Shown here one piece after another: positions 36,058-45,851 of a stretch of 64,000 bases of DNA. Location: NCBI GenBank assembly GCA_034429595.1, contig DAOUGB010000068.1, positions 11,067 through 75,066 on the forward strand, read 5' to 3'. This DNA is from Dehalococcoidales bacterium. Its GTDB lineage: Bacteria; Chloroflexota; Dehalococcoidia; Dehalococcoidales; RBG-16-60-22. Positions within the stretch are counted from its first letter, which is position 1; the number at the start of each line of letters is the position of its first letter. The position numbers were made by a program, and so were the translations under genes. The notes beneath the pieces are model-generated. The model ran no database searches, was not told the DNA's origin, and worked only from the letters and a program-made list of their open reading frames with translations.

Positions 36058-38184
36058 TCAGTTATCCGTTTCTTCCGGCTCCCCGATACCCAGCAACTCG
36101 ATAAGCTTTCCGGCGGCGCCTGCGGTTTCTGATGCCTCCCCGGCTTTTTGCCGCTGCCAGATTTCATACCATTTTTCAAATTCCTTGATATACTCCAGAC
36201 CCCGCCAGTGAACGGCTGCCCGGATATGAGCCGGGGTCTCCGCCCATATCGTTGCCTCCACCAGCCGCCGGAACGCTTCATCCCGGAAACGACCGATCCA
36301 GTCCGGAAATACAAAGCTGACGTGAAAGGAAAAATTATCCCGCTGACCGGCAGTAGCGCCGGACTTTTCCCCGTTAGCCGGCAGAAGCAGGATATTTTCG
36401 ATAAAATGGAAACCTTCCCGTGCCGCTACGGACAGCCGCCTCCTGCGGAAACCGGTAATGCCGAGTTTTAACGCGATACGTTGTTCCAGTACGGATACAT
36501 TTTCCGAATCCCAGACCGGGCTTTTGAGGGAATAATTAAACGCCCGGGCGCGGCCGGCGCTTACCAGCGGATATTTTTGGATGAATTCCTCCTTGGCGGC
36601 CAGGTACTCTGCCGGTGCATCGCTCTTACGGTAGAGCAGGGAAATATCGGCGAACTCCTCGGCGAACCGCGCCAGCAGGTGATTAAGGAACCGGTTGTTC
36701 CGTTCCCGGGCGGTTGCGGGCTCCTCGACGATTTCCTGTAATTCGCCGCCCAGGGTCTCGCGCCGCTGCCGCGCCGCCGCCAGCGGTTCCAGCATGTCAT
36801 TACCGTTCTCGGTTGCCGCTTTCAGCAGCTTGACGGTAAATGTTTCCGCTCCCGGATAAGCCCCGGGCTTACGGGTGACGGCCTCGACATCTTCCGGTAA
36901 CATCTTGGCAAAGTACGATGCCCCCGGACGGGCATACGGAGCAAACAGGTCTTTCACGTGCTCAAGCTGGGACAGATAATCAACCATGACCTGATCGAAC
37001 AGCATCAGGTAGCCGCGGAGCTGGTTCGCCTGCGCTTTACGCCGTGGCGGCACGTCTTCCGGCAGCCCGAAATGGCCCACTCCGTAGGTTAACGGCAGTT
37101 CATGCTGGATGGTCTCGTAATCATCCAGGCCGCGGTAGTTTCCCGCCGGCGGGGCTAAATCCAGCGCCCGGTTCCCGGTGGTCTCTAGGGTCTGCCGGCC
37201 GGCGGATGACCGGTCTTGCTTCAGCCTTTTTTCATCGATATAGCAGGGCGTGTTGCCCTTAAAGAGCCGGATGCCGCCGCTTTCCGCCCAGCGCGGCGTG
37301 TAACCGGGCGTTATATCCAGCACCCAGCTATGCCATTTCCCGTCAGCTCCGGACATCTTAAGATTCCCCACCGTTTTAACGCCGGGAATAGTTTGCAGAA
37401 GATGTATCAGGTCTGAAGCATGGAGCTGCGTCTTGCGCACCGCGGCTTGGAGGCTTTTAAAATCGATAAAGCCATGCTCCAGGCGCGGGCCTTCAAAAAT
37501 TTCCGCGGCGCTGTACCCGCGGGCGAACATATCATCAAGCGTTAGTAACGGGACCTCCGGCGAGATATACCCGGCCAGGCGCGTATCAATCTCATCGAGG
37601 AGCAAGGTGGCATCAGCATCATTGGACACCGATATATCGGCGCTCACCTTTATATCTTCCGGCGGTAAAACGCTAATCGTCAGGAAATCCTCGCAGAGGT
37701 TACGGTGCGCGGCCAGCCTGGCTCTAACCCTGGCGATGAGAACGTCGTTACCGTCCGCCGCTGCGTATTCCGGCTCGATGTAAACATGGTAAAAGCCCCG
37801 CATCCCCGCCGGCCCCGTCGCCGTCTCCAGCCAGGCGTCCCTGACACCATCGACATCGATTATCAGCTTGCGGAAATCCTCAATAGTAACCGGGTTGACG
37901 GTCAGTATCTCCCGGGCGGTGAAGAACTGGCGCCGGCGGCCATTTTCACCGTCCGGCGGTTCCGCCAGAATATCGCGGATATCGAAGTTCAGGCGGTAAC
38001 TCAAGTCCGTGATGGCATAGCAGAGCGCTTCCAGGATGGTAATGCCCGGGTCGTGGTTATTATAGTCCGTCCAGTAACCGGCGGACAGCTTTTCGATAAA
38101 GTCGATAGCTTCCCGCCGCAGCAGCGCGTAATCCATTCCCGGCTGCTGGGGCGGCTGGCTGGAAATCACCGGGGCTTCCGTCAT
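36058..38184 (-). CDS. eCIS baseplate wedge protein (Afp11/Afp12 class, gp6/gp7-like)
   Basis: 708 aa. The N-terminal motif YWTDYNNHDPGITILEALCYAITDLSYR is typical of phage-like baseplate assembly proteins. I cannot settle which of the two large baseplate genes is the gp6/J homologue. Confidence 0.7.
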   Translation of the reverse strand: MTEAPVISSQPPQQPGMDYALLRREAIDFIEKLSAGYWTDYNNHDPGITILEALCYAITDLSYRLNFDIRDILAEPPDGENGRRRQFFTAREILTVNPVTIEDFRKLIIDVDGVRDAWLETATGPAGMRGFYHVYIEPEYAAADGNDVLIARVRARLAAHRNLCEDFLTISVLPPEDIKVSADISVSNDADATLLLDEIDTRLAGYISPEVPLLTLDDMFARGYSAAEIFEGPRLEHGFIDFKSLQAAVRKTQLHASDLIHLLQTIPGVKTVGNLKMSGADGKWHSWVLDITPGYTPRWAESGGIRLFKGNTPCYIDEKRLKQDRSSAGRQTLETTGNRALDLAPPAGNYRGLDDYETIQHELPLTYGVGHFGLPEDVPPRRKAQANQLRGYLMLFDQVMVDYLSQLEHVKDLFAPYARPGASYFAKMLPEDVEAVTRKPGAYPGAETFTVKLLKAATENGNDMLEPLAAARQRRETLGGELQEIVEEPATARERNNRFLNHLLARFAEEFADISLLYRKSDAPAEYLAAKEEFIQKYPLVSAGRARAFNYSLKSPVWDSENVSVLEQRIALKLGITGFRRRRLSVAAREGFHFIENILLLPANGEKSGATAGQRDNFSFHVSFVFPDWIGRFRDEAFRRLVEATIWAETPAHIRAAVHWRGLEYIKEFEKWYEIWQRQKAGEASETAGAAGKLIELLGIGEPEETDN

Positions 38185-38927
38185 TTTCCGTCTCCCGTTT
38201 TATCAGGACTTACCGCGTCAGCAATTTTATGGTGAAAGGCCCGCTCCATAGTCGCCATGATGATAACATCACCGCTCCCCTGATAAGGGTCAACGAAAAA
38301 GCGAGCGGCGTTTTGCAGGGTGCAACGGATGACCAACTCCACGCAATTGTCCACTATCTTGAGAGCGGCAATTTCCACCCCGATGGCCTTAATACGTTCC
38401 CTCCTTTTATATGCCATCCGCCAGCTCCCAAGCATGGCTTCCGCTTTCAAGACCCTGCCGGGAAAGGTGACGGTGAGGGGTATTTCTTTCACGGATTCTT
38501 TTTGCTGCGTGAAAGACCAGGCTACCCTCTGGAAGTCAACCACCGGGATGCCGCCTACCGTGCCTTCCACATCCAGAGTTGCCTGCGGACTGGTCGTGCC
38601 GATGCCGATATTCCCCGTTTCCCGGTCAACGAATACCCGGCTGACGCCGGAAGCGTCCACCAGATTCAAGCCGGGCTTGCCGGTTCTATCCGCCAGGCCC
38701 AACCGCCAGGCAAGACCATCATCAACATCAGCCAAATCCAGGATGTCTCTGTCTTTATCACGGGCGGTAATTCTGACAGGTTCATGCAGGCCCGGCTTAC
38801 CGATGCCGTCATCGTTGCAATTCACCGCCGATTCTATAAAATCGGCGAAATCCTCTCCGCTGGGCCGGGAACCTTCGCGGAACATTTCTTTAAGCTGCTC
38901 CCTCGTCTTTTCCTTGGCCATTTTCAA
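38181..38927 (-). CDS. tail-fibre-like protein (Afp13 class?)
   Basis: The N-terminal motif LKEMFREGSRPSGEDFADFIES and the motif GNIGIGTTSPQATLDVEGT are common in short phage/CIS fibre proteins. It overlaps both neighbouring genes by 4 nt. Confidence 0.55.
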   Translation of the reverse strand: MKMAKEKTREQLKEMFREGSRPSGEDFADFIESAVNCNDDGIGKPGLHEPVRITARDKDRDILDLADVDDGLAWRLGLADRTGKPGLNLVDASGVSRVFVDRETGNIGIGTTSPQATLDVEGTVGGIPVVDFQRVAWSFTQQKESVKEIPLTVTFPGRVLKAEAMLGSWRMAYKRRERIKAIGVEIAALKIVDNCVELVIRCTLQNAARFFVDPYQGSGDVIIMATMERAFHHKIADAVSPDKTGDGK

Positions 38928-41900
38928 TGCTCCTTTGCCTGACCCGTATTAGAGTCATCCGTTTTTTGTGCCTGGTCTTTTTTCACGGTAAAGTCTTTCC
39001 CTAATCTCATCCTGCCGATACTGCCCGGATGGCGCTGCGGACGTTTGACATCAAAATCCGTACTGATAATCATGTAGCCGAGACCCTGATAGTCCTCTTC
39101 CCGGTAGCCTGCGGGCGGCACCAGGTCAATGATATGCTCCGGCGCCGCGACGAGGATAACATCCGGGCCCGGGTAGTAATTGGCATTCTGTTGCATTTCA
39201 AACGGTTCCACCACCTTCAAATCGGCCACGAAGTCAACGTATTCCCTGGTCTCGACAAAACGGAGCAGGCCGGAATCCTGCCGGCCGGTGTAAAAGCATA
39301 TTTCATCGCTTTTACCGTAAGCCCACGGGGAGAGAAATTCCCGCAGTTCCCCGTTCAATTTAGCAACGTAATAGCCGGGGTCATACCCCCGCCTTAACCC
39401 GACCGTCATCCGGTACTGCAAGCGGAGATACCTCGGATTCCTTACCTCCAGCGCCGCAAAGGGAGGAGCGAGCAATTTTAAATAATCGGTGATGTCTTGT
39501 AACAAGTCCGGGGGAACGCCGGGTTCCCGCGAAGACGCAGCCATGCCTCCCCTGATATCCGGCACAACCACGACCACTACTCCCGCTGAAAGCGGCCGCT
39601 GGCTCCGTCCCAACAGCGCGAGTTCCGCCTGATTAAGGCATTTAACTTTCTGTACGGAAGGGAATGCTTCAAGGACAAGACGCTCGTAGTCCCAGCCGGC
39701 GAGCGCCCGCCGTTTATGACGTAAACGCTCCGCGACGCGGGTGGTGAAGGATCGGGGGGATTCCTGCATCCTTCCGTTAAAAGATTCGGCAGGCTGTGTT
39801 ACCGACTTTATACCGGGATTGCTCCGGGCCAGGCCTTTGACGGATAATGCTGCCAGCGGCCCGGCCAGGTGCTCCGGGGCATTACCGGCATCCTGAAACG
39901 TGGCCATCACCGTCTGTGTCTCAATGCCAATCATATCCGGCAATGCGCCGGGGTTTTCTTTAGCCACAGCGCGCAGCCAGTGCAACCCTGAAGGCATTAC
40001 CGTGTTTTCTTTTGCCGCATCCTCCGGCACGCTGAAACTGATGATGCCTGTATTAAGCAGATTATCTGTCGTGTCCGTCAAGATTAAGGTTGCATCAAAA
40101 TCAAGCCACCGGTTCCGGGAGAGATAGCTCCAGCGAATGTCTACCGGTTTTAATTCATGGAAAATCTTTCCCGGCTCCGGGCGGTAAAGCAGGGAGATAT
40201 CGGACGGCGGCTTCATTTCTGCAAACCCCAGGTACAGATACCCCTCGTCATCATAACGGGGCAGCAGGCAGCGTTCCGGCACGGGGGCTTCATTTAAATC
40301 CAGGTAGCCGAAGGGGCGAAGCTGGAACAAGCGGCCGGTAACTTCCGCCGTTTCTCCGCTGCCATTACTTGCGGAAAAATCAATTTCCGCTGAAGACGTG
40401 TAATCGATCGAAATCGATTTCATCACCGGCACGTACGGCGGCGGGATAGCCACCGGCGTCTCCGCTGCTTCACCGGCATCCTGCTTTTTCCTGACGGTCA
40501 CACCGGTCTCCTTGGCGAGCTTGTCAATCTGTTTTTTGGCGTCCTTAACTTGCTTGGCAATCTTCTTTTCTTCTTTTTCGACTAATTTCAACAGGGCGCC
40601 GACCCTTTTCACGATAAACTTGATGACGCCAAAGAACTGCATCAGCAGTCCGCCGATTTCCTTGGTGATAAAGGGAGACTTCATCAGCTTTAATGCCTGG
40701 TCGAGTTTGAGCGAAGTGAGAGCGGCGATTTTTCTCGCCTGTACGGCGGCTGCCTCGCTGACAACCCTGGGATAAACGTTATGCTGAAAATCCGGCTCGC
40801 CAAGTTCCAGTTTGAAGCAACGTGGCATTTCCAGCGGGTCGCGGCTGATAGGTACGGCAACACCGGGTGCGGCGCGGTACTCCTTAACATCAAAGCGACT
40901 ATAAAGTAATGAGACCAGCTTTCCAAAATGCTCACCGAATAAATGCTGCGCCGGCCCGATGGGAACCCACACCTGGTCGAGCATCATTTTTAGCTGCGCG
41001 TTGAAGCTGGTGTTGGTGATGGGGACAGGCGTGAAACCGTACTGAAAATACGGCTGGTAATATTCGGCAAAATCCGCCGGCAGATTGGCCCATTCGATAT
41101 GCAAACTTAGCGCATCGAGGCGCTTGACAGCCAGTTCCGGATGGACGAAATAGAAACCGTCCCCCGCCGCGGGAGAAGCACCGAAGGGTTCAAACGGCTT
41201 TTTGGTATCTAGCAGCGCGGTTTCATTCCGTAATAACATATCCCGCAGAGCGCGAACTTTAACTTCGATGACCGCCTTTTCAGGGATAAAACCGCTGAAT
41301 TGTTCATAATAGCTGGTTGACACGGTCTCCGGGGTGGAGCCTTGCAACAGGAAACGGATGACCGGATAAGCGCTTGCGATATTGTGGAACGAGCCGTCCA
41401 GCCGGGGGGCGGTAACCGCCGGAGCGGTAGCCGGGAGATGCAAGGTGAACCGCAAGGCGTTCCGCAGCAGCGCGCAACATCTAAAGTTTGCCGCATTTTC
41501 CACTCTGCCGCTACGCACCAGCGTCATCTCCCGGGGGTCGGTTTCTCCGGTAATATCCTTTATCCTGTAAATTGCCCCGTCATCAGTGATAATACAGCGT
41601 CCCGCCTGGCTGCTATCGAAGTCACTCTCATTTATGATGCACCGGAAAGGCAAGGCTTTCCCTGCTTCCGTAATGACCGGCAGTTCGCTCTCGTGATAAG
41701 TATCTGCGGCATTGCCTTTAATGAAGTTACCGGCTGCCAGCCGGGGCGAGCTGATTTTTAGCCAGCCGGTACCCGTACTGATATTGACCGCGAACGGGCA
41801 AGAGGCATTATGCCTGCCCGTGAATTCCGCGGGCAACTGGCTCCCGTCTCCCCCGGCGATGGTAACGACAATCGTTCTTTCTTCCTCTTTCAGGGCGAGG

Positions 41901-42694
41901 ACCGGACTCGTTACGGCGAAACCGATATCCAACCGGTTCCCACCCGGTATATTCACGAAAGGGCGGGCCCCGGGCGGAATTACCGCCGTCCCTTTAGCCG
42001 CATCCGCTATGGATGCGGCATGGATAGTATGGACATGACCGCGGTATTTCCCAGCATAAATAGTCTTGATACTCGCTAGCCGCGCCCGATTAACGACGAT
42101 GTCCTCGTCAGTAGCGTAGCGGATATCGATGCCCAGGCTGTCCTTGCCGGCATCGAGCAAGGTGCCTTTACGGATATGGCAGACATCATAACCTTTGGAC
42201 AGATCGAACACCGCGTACAGGCTATCCGGAATCGCCGCCCTTTCCGCCAGCTTTAAAACATCCCGGTAATAATATTCCAGATGCCGGCGGGTGATATCCC
42301 TGAACTGCTGACGGGGATGGCGGAGCAGGTGGAGAAACGCGAGCAATAGCACCAGATGGGGCCTGCCCAGATTCCGCGCGAGTACGGAATCTTTGGGGAT
42401 AAGCCCCGAATCATTCATATACCAGGCAATCAGCCTTATCTCCTCATCCGGGGCGGCGCCGGTCCTGCCGGATACGTTAAAAAGCGCCGACCAGCACCCT
42501 TCCGGCTCGTTCTTTTCATTAAAGAAACGCAATCTTTCCGCATAAGCCCGGAGGAATTTCAACAGGTCTTCATCCGAGCGTTCTTCCACGGATACATACT
42601 GCGGCTCCAATGCCCGCAGCATCCTTCCCGCTTGTCCCGTCCCATCCCTGGCCGCTAACTTTACTGTTTCACTCATCGCTGTCATTATCCTCAT
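38924..42694 (-). CDS. giant eCIS baseplate protein (Afp11/Afp12 class)
   Basis: 1256 aa. It lies directly downstream of the gp25-like gene, as in Afp/PVC and P2 W-J-I gene order. The assignment rests on synteny and size only. Confidence 0.65.
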   Translation of the reverse strand: MRIMTAMSETVKLAARDGTGQAGRMLRALEPQYVSVEERSDEDLLKFLRAYAERLRFFNEKNEPEGCWSALFNVSGRTGAAPDEEIRLIAWYMNDSGLIPKDSVLARNLGRPHLVLLLAFLHLLRHPRQQFRDITRRHLEYYYRDVLKLAERAAIPDSLYAVFDLSKGYDVCHIRKGTLLDAGKDSLGIDIRYATDEDIVVNRARLASIKTIYAGKYRGHVHTIHAASIADAAKGTAVIPPGARPFVNIPGGNRLDIGFAVTSPVLALKEEERTIVVTIAGGDGSQLPAEFTGRHNASCPFAVNISTGTGWLKISSPRLAAGNFIKGNAADTYHESELPVITEAGKALPFRCIINESDFDSSQAGRCIITDDGAIYRIKDITGETDPREMTLVRSGRVENAANFRCCALLRNALRFTLHLPATAPAVTAPRLDGSFHNIASAYPVIRFLLQGSTPETVSTSYYEQFSGFIPEKAVIEVKVRALRDMLLRNETALLDTKKPFEPFGASPAAGDGFYFVHPELAVKRLDALSLHIEWANLPADFAEYYQPYFQYGFTPVPITNTSFNAQLKMMLDQVWVPIGPAQHLFGEHFGKLVSLLYSRFDVKEYRAAPGVAVPISRDPLEMPRCFKLELGEPDFQHNVYPRVVSEAAAVQARKIAALTSLKLDQALKLMKSPFITKEIGGLLMQFFGVIKFIVKRVGALLKLVEKEEKKIAKQVKDAKKQIDKLAKETGVTVRKKQDAGEAAETPVAIPPPYVPVMKSISIDYTSSAEIDFSASNGSGETAEVTGRLFQLRPFGYLDLNEAPVPERCLLPRYDDEGYLYLGFAEMKPPSDISLLYRPEPGKIFHELKPVDIRWSYLSRNRWLDFDATLILTDTTDNLLNTGIISFSVPEDAAKENTVMPSGLHWLRAVAKENPGALPDMIGIETQTVMATFQDAGNAPEHLAGPLAALSVKGLARSNPGIKSVTQPAESFNGRMQESPRSFTTRVAERLRHKRRALAGWDYERLVLEAFPSVQKVKCLNQAELALLGRSQRPLSAGVVVVVVPDIRGGMAASSREPGVPPDLLQDITDYLKLLAPPFAALEVRNPRYLRLQYRMTVGLRRGYDPGYYVAKLNGELREFLSPWAYGKSDEICFYTGRQDSGLLRFVETREYVDFVADLKVVEPFEMQQNANYYPGPDVILVAAPEHIIDLVPPAGYREEDYQGLGYMIISTDFDVKRPQRHPGSIGRMRLGKDFTVKKDQAQKTDDSNTGQAKEH

Positions 42695-42705
42695 TACGGG
42701 AGTCT

Positions 42706-43158
42706 TTATAATGCCCGCGTACCGCTTAGGTCAGGCGCCGTAGCCTCATTGACATAGAAGGGGTAAACCATGTTGAACCGGGAATTCGTGGTCCTGATGG
42801 TATAATCAATCTGCACCAGCAGCACGCCGGGCTGGTCTTCAGCTTCAGTAACGGATACATCGTTCACCTTTATCCGAGGCTCGTGTTTGAGCAAAGCATC
42901 GGAAACCGATGAGCGTATGTCCGCGGTAAGGCGCTCGTTCATCTCCCCGAAAACGAACCGGCTTAAATCGCAGCCGAAATCGGGATGCATCAATCGCTCG
43001 CCGATACGGGTCGATAGTATCAGCGTTACTGACTGGGCGATATTTTCGCTCCCGGATACCATCACGACGCCTTCGCCCCCACCGCCGAATTCCGGGGGAA
43101 AACTCCACCCCGTTCCGATATAAGCGCTTTCACCTTGGGTCGGTTCCTCATTTTTCAT
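42706..43158 (-). CDS. GPW/gp25-like baseplate wedge protein (Afp9 class)
   Basis: It carries GTGWSFPP...IAQSVTLILSTRIGERLMHPDFGCDL, the gp25 lysozyme-like family pattern. Confidence 0.85.
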   Translation of the reverse strand: MKNEEPTQGESAYIGTGWSFPPEFGGGGEGVVMVSGSENIAQSVTLILSTRIGERLMHPDFGCDLSRFVFGEMNERLTADIRSSVSDALLKHEPRIKVNDVSVTEAEDQPGVLLVQIDYTIRTTNSRFNMVYPFYVNEATAPDLSGTRAL

Positions 43159-43177
43159 GACGCATACGCCTCCCCGC

Positions 43178-44977
43178 TTAATTGATAGCTACCTGCGAGC
43201 CTTCGATTTTAATATTGCATCCCTTGATGTTGACATTCTGGCCCGCCTGGAGCGTAATCCCGCTGCTGTCTCCTGTTATCTTATTGCCGTTCTTGTCCTG
43301 GAGAGCAATGCCGCTGCCGCTCATCAGAACCTTATTGCCGCTCTTGTCTTCCAGGGTGATACCTTTATCATCGGTGGCCATCTTGTTGCCATTTTTATCC
43401 TCGGTGTTTATCCCTTTGTCATCCGTCGTCACTTTATTACCGTTTTCATCTTCAAGATGGATGCCTTTGTCTTTATCCGATATCCGCAGCAGACTGCCGG
43501 CCGGCGTCTTGATTTCGATGAGCTTGTTTTCATCATCGAACAGCAGCTTCAATGATTCCTTGGTCAGCAATCCTTTGAGATAGTTGTTTTCTGTTATCTC
43601 AAATCCCGCCGGCAGGACATTCTTCCGGCTGTAGAGCGAACCGAGGATAACCGGCTGACGGGGGTCATCGTTGAAAAAGCCGAGGACGACCTCATCTCCC
43701 GGTTCGGGACGGAAGAAAAAGCCGCGGGCGTTGCCGCCGTCGAGCGTCGCCAGCCTTGCCCAGACCGCGTTTCCGTCAGTATTTATGGCCGGGACTTTCA
43801 CTTTTACCCGCAATTTATCATCCGGGTCTTTTTCAAAGGCATCGACCACGCCGATGTGCAGACCATTGATGGCCGGGAGCAGCCCGGCGGACGGAGCGTC
43901 GATAATATCGTCGTTCCGGGAAAACCAAGCTGCGTCAGCGCCGAACTGGATATCGGTCTGCCAGCCGGACACGTTCACATGGTGCCGCACCCCGGTCACC
44001 AGCGTTTTGCCGTTGAACCGGTCGCTGATGCCTTTAATCTCGATAGTATCACCCGGCTTGAAAGCTGCATCTCCGGAAATTTTCAGGCGTCCCCGCAGCA
44101 GTGAAGCGCGGCTCTTTACCATCCCGGCATCGGCCCACGCCTTCATCTCGTCGGGATTGGCATCAACCGGATGGACGAGGGTATCTTTTAAAGCGGCGAT
44201 GGCGCCCGCCATTTTGCTCCCGTCCAGGTTGCCCTGGCTTAAGGAGACGCTGGCCGCCGCTTTGGGGTCGGCCATTTTCTGTTCCGCCACATCCCACCAG
44301 ATGCTCTCGACCTCTTTGACCTGGCCGCAGATATCGGCTTCCATCTCGAATTCCCCTATCTCGCTGACGCCGTATTCGAACGCCGCCACCGGCTGGCCTT
44401 CGGCTTTAGGCAACATGGTATTCAATTTGCCGTCGTCCACCACCACGATCTGCCCGTTGACATCCGCGCGTGATAAAAGGAAATCCCAATCACTGCAGTA
44501 ATATTGAATCATCTCTTTATGCTGGCAGGCGGTCGAGGCAACGGTTCCCGCCGCCAGACCGCCGCCGGATGCCAGCTTTTTGATGATGGCATCATCTTTC
44601 ATGTCCTTGAAAACAGCGCTCTTCCGGCTGACGGTGAGCTTAATGGCGGCGTCCCGCAGTTCGATGGTTAAAAACGAGGCCGCCGCACTCGTCCGGACGC
44701 CGTGCCGGGTAACGATGCCCTTAAAAACGGTACTGTCCTGCCCCGCTTTACCCCGCGCCCCCTCGTACCTTAACTTGACCTCTATTTCCTTGCCCGGCTC
44801 GAAAAAGCCGGTATCGCTTATCTCGAATTTCTTTTTCGCGGCACTTCCATCCAGCAAGACCAGTTTGGCGGCGGGGATTTTATTCACGGTCTTGATAATA
44901 TCCACCGAGATAAGGTCGTAATCCGTGCTCATTTTCGTGCCGCCGCTTAAAATCGTCGCCGTTATCACTCCGCTCAT
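43178..44977 (-). CDS. VgrG/gpD-gp5-like spike protein (Afp8 class)
   Basis: 599 aa. It has a phage late control D-like N-terminal part and an OB-fold region (FFRPEPGDEVVLGFFNDDPRQPVILGSLY). The C-terminal beta-helix shows octapeptide-type repeats (DKGIHLEDENGNKVTTDDKGINTEDKNGNKMATDDKGITLEDKSGNKV). Confidence 0.85.
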   Translation of the reverse strand: MSGVITATILSGGTKMSTDYDLISVDIIKTVNKIPAAKLVLLDGSAAKKKFEISDTGFFEPGKEIEVKLRYEGARGKAGQDSTVFKGIVTRHGVRTSAAASFLTIELRDAAIKLTVSRKSAVFKDMKDDAIIKKLASGGGLAAGTVASTACQHKEMIQYYCSDWDFLLSRADVNGQIVVVDDGKLNTMLPKAEGQPVAAFEYGVSEIGEFEMEADICGQVKEVESIWWDVAEQKMADPKAAASVSLSQGNLDGSKMAGAIAALKDTLVHPVDANPDEMKAWADAGMVKSRASLLRGRLKISGDAAFKPGDTIEIKGISDRFNGKTLVTGVRHHVNVSGWQTDIQFGADAAWFSRNDDIIDAPSAGLLPAINGLHIGVVDAFEKDPDDKLRVKVKVPAINTDGNAVWARLATLDGGNARGFFFRPEPGDEVVLGFFNDDPRQPVILGSLYSRKNVLPAGFEITENNYLKGLLTKESLKLLFDDENKLIEIKTPAGSLLRISDKDKGIHLEDENGNKVTTDDKGINTEDKNGNKMATDDKGITLEDKSGNKVLMSGSGIALQDKNGNKITGDSSGITLQAGQNVNIKGCNIKIEGSQVAIN

Positions 44978-44980
44978 TTT

Positions 44981-45658
44981 CTAGTCCTTCACGGGAGGAA
45001 AGTTAAGCGTTTTTCCCGGTTCCAGTTTTCTAAAATTGTTCAGCCCGTTAGCCAAGGCAATCTGGATATAATATGCAGGATCGTTATATACTTTAGCCGC
45101 CAGCAGCGGCAGGGTATCGCTGCCGGCAATCATCCTGACATGCGTCAGATCGGCGGATTCCTTCTGGACGCGCTTGGAAGGCTGTAAATCCCCCTCGAAC
45201 TCCGTATTCAGTTCGGCGCGGAGCGGCTGGCCGCTCCGGTTGAAAAGGGTATACTTGATTTCCACCGACGCCAGCCGGCAATCGAAGTTGAGGTCTCCCC
45301 ACTCCACCTTCAGGTACTTGGGCTGGTGCAGCGCCTCATCCATGTAGCAGGTCATTTCCAGGAACTGCTGCACCTCTTTATAAACGTCCTTGCCGCCGCC
45401 GAGCAGCTCAATGCCGTAATCAGTGACGCCCGTGTTATCCAGGATAAGCGTAACCGTTAGCTTATGCGGCTTGCTCAATGAATAACGGGCCTCCCGTCCA
45501 TCCGTATCGATGCCCTGAAACTTCTGGTAGACGTTAACGTAATTGAGCGAATAGGACTGCGGGTTGAACATCGCCTCAAAGACCCCCTGGGGCGCGCCGC
45601 TCCGCCCCGCGCTGGAATACGCCGCTATTTTCAGTTTTTGCAGTTTAATCGTAACCAA
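44981..45658 (-). CDS. LysM-domain CIS tube-initiator-like protein (Afp7 class)
   Basis: It has an N-terminal tube-like domain and a C-terminal LysM domain (HVRMIAGSDTLPLLAAKVYNDPAYYIQIALANGLNNFRKLEPGKTLNFP). Confidence 0.8.
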   Translation of the reverse strand: MVTIKLQKLKIAAYSSAGRSGAPQGVFEAMFNPQSYSLNYVNVYQKFQGIDTDGREARYSLSKPHKLTVTLILDNTGVTDYGIELLGGGKDVYKEVQQFLEMTCYMDEALHQPKYLKVEWGDLNFDCRLASVEIKYTLFNRSGQPLRAELNTEFEGDLQPSKRVQKESADLTHVRMIAGSDTLPLLAAKVYNDPAYYIQIALANGLNNFRKLEPGKTLNFPPVKD

Positions 45659-45681
45659 TGTGTCTTCCCGTCCCGGTAAGA

Positions 45682-45849
45682 TTACCTTTCCTTCTGTCTC
45701 TCAAGTATCTTCAGCACCTGCTCCACGCATTCCGCGATAATTTCCTTTTCACCGGTGTCATCATATCCGGTTTGCGAGCGTTCTCTCCCTACCCCTTCTC
45801 CCCCGGTAATAGTTGCCCTGATGATTAATTCACGTATCTCGATCGGCAT
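45682..45849 (-). CDS. small conserved eCIS protein, DUF5908-like (55 aa), not in the ORF track
   Basis: My own translation gives MPIEIRELIIRATITGGEGVGRERSQTGYDDTGEKEIIAECVEQVLKILERQKER. The ATG lies 2 nt after the tube-2 stop codon and is preceded by TAAGGA. The position between tube and LysM genes is typical. Confidence 0.6.
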   Translation of the reverse strand: MPIEIRELIIRATITGGEGVGRERSQTGYDDTGEKEIIAECVEQVLKILERQKER

Positions 45850-45851
45850 GA

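Noticed and set aside
43223-43465. Tandem DNA periodicity near the 3' end of the VgrG-like gene
   Set aside because: It is explained by the protein-level beta-helix repeats (DKGI.LEDxNGNK) of the spike. It is not an independent DNA element.
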